Of a stretch of 24,519 bases of DNA, positions 23,843 through 24,519 are shown in pieces. A model generated the notes under the pieces. That model was not told where the DNA came from, ran no database searches, and saw nothing but the letters and a program-made list of their open reading frames with translations. The position numbers were made by a program, and so were the translations under genes. This DNA is from a virus (lineage: Duplodnaviria > Caudoviricetes), in the IMG/VR virus record IMGVR_UViG_3300033486_000008, positions 1 through 24,519 of that record; one strand, given 5' to 3'. Positions within the stretch are counted from its first letter, which is position 1. Each line of letters begins with the position of its first letter.

Positions 23843-24519
23843 CCAAATTACTGACCGTATTCGCTGCGCTTCTCATGTCGTTCGCCGCATCGGCGGCAAC
23901 GATCATCAATCCGCTACCGAACAATATCCAGAACGGGCAACCGGCGGATGCGACGAAATTGATGGGGAACTTCAACCAGATCGTCAATAACGTCAATGGC
24001 AACGCAGCTGCGATAAACGCGGCCAATGTGTTTTCTGCTCCGCAGCAATTCAGCGCAGCTGTTACGCCGAATCAAGGGGTGATCGCCAGTCAATTGCAAA
24101 ACGACACGATGGTGTGGCTGGGGATCGCGGGCGGAACGGCAAACGCACTGACGGCGACACCTTCGATCGCTCCGGTAGCGTATACGAGCGGTCAACGGTG
24201 GAAAACTGTCGCGGCGTTCACAAATACGGGGGCAGTTACGATCAACATCGGCGGGCTCGGAGTTCGTGCGATTACGAAATTCGGTGCAGCGCCGCTTCTG
24301 CCAGGGGACATAACTGCCGGTCAAATTCTGGCGTTAGAGGATGACGGTATTGAGCTGCAGCTGATAAACCCGCTTCAGCCTGGCGGACTTCCGTATGTTG
24401 ACGCCACTGGGTCAGCAAACGCAATAACGGGCGCGTACTCGACTAGAACAAACTTGACTCTGGTTGACGGGTTGGACCTGACGGTCGGGATTGCGACGCC
24501 GAATACGTCCGCCAGTGTT
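23839..24519 (+). CDS. second tail fibre protein with signal peptide (partial, runs off window)
   Basis: Not in ORF track (no stop in window). ATGA overlap; MTKLLTVFAALLMSFAASA-ATIINPLPNNIQNGQPADATKLMGNFNQIV...GGTANALTAT...TNTGAVTINIGGLGVRAITK...LLPGDITAG, a common fibre domain that starts to repeat (TGSANAIT) at the edge. Confidence 0.8.
   Translation, partial: MTKLLTVFAALLMSFAASAATIINPLPNNIQNGQPADATKLMGNFNQIVNNVNGNAAAINAANVFSAPQQFSAAVTPNQGVIASQLQNDTMVWLGIAGGTANALTATPSIAPVAYTSGQRWKTVAAFTNTGAVTINIGGLGVRAITKFGAAPLLPGDITAGQILALEDDGIELQLINPLQPGGLPYVDATGSANAITGAYSTRTNLTLVDGLDLTVGIATPNTSASV

Overview
This window is the packaging and morphogenesis region of a tailed phage with podovirus-type architecture, probably infecting a Gram-negative host. 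All credible genes are on the + strand. Order: AT-rich promoter region; putative terminase small subunit; repeat-rich non-coding segment; accessory cassette (33-aa membrane peptide, sulfotransferase-like protein, small basic proteins, double Zn-ribbon protein, Pal/OmpA lipoprotein); terminase large subunit; portal; scaffold; N4-gp56-type major capsid protein; adaptor; glycosyltransferase plus Asp/Asn-type 2OG-Fe(II) hydroxylase; three ejection proteins; PurD-like ATP-grasp ligase; tail nozzle; and tail fibre genes running off the right edge. The most unusual signals are: (1) classical Sec-type signal peptides on three consecutive tail-fibre-module proteins and one head-region protein, alongside a phage-encoded Pal lipoprotein; (2) a TCG-N9-CGTAA stem-loop motif that occurs as two 25-nt-spaced pairs in front of the scaffold and capsid genes; (3) an exact 14-bp direct repeat that could fuse scaffold to capsid in frame; (4) several modification enzymes embedded among virion genes. 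All family assignments come from recognising motifs by eye, not from database searches.
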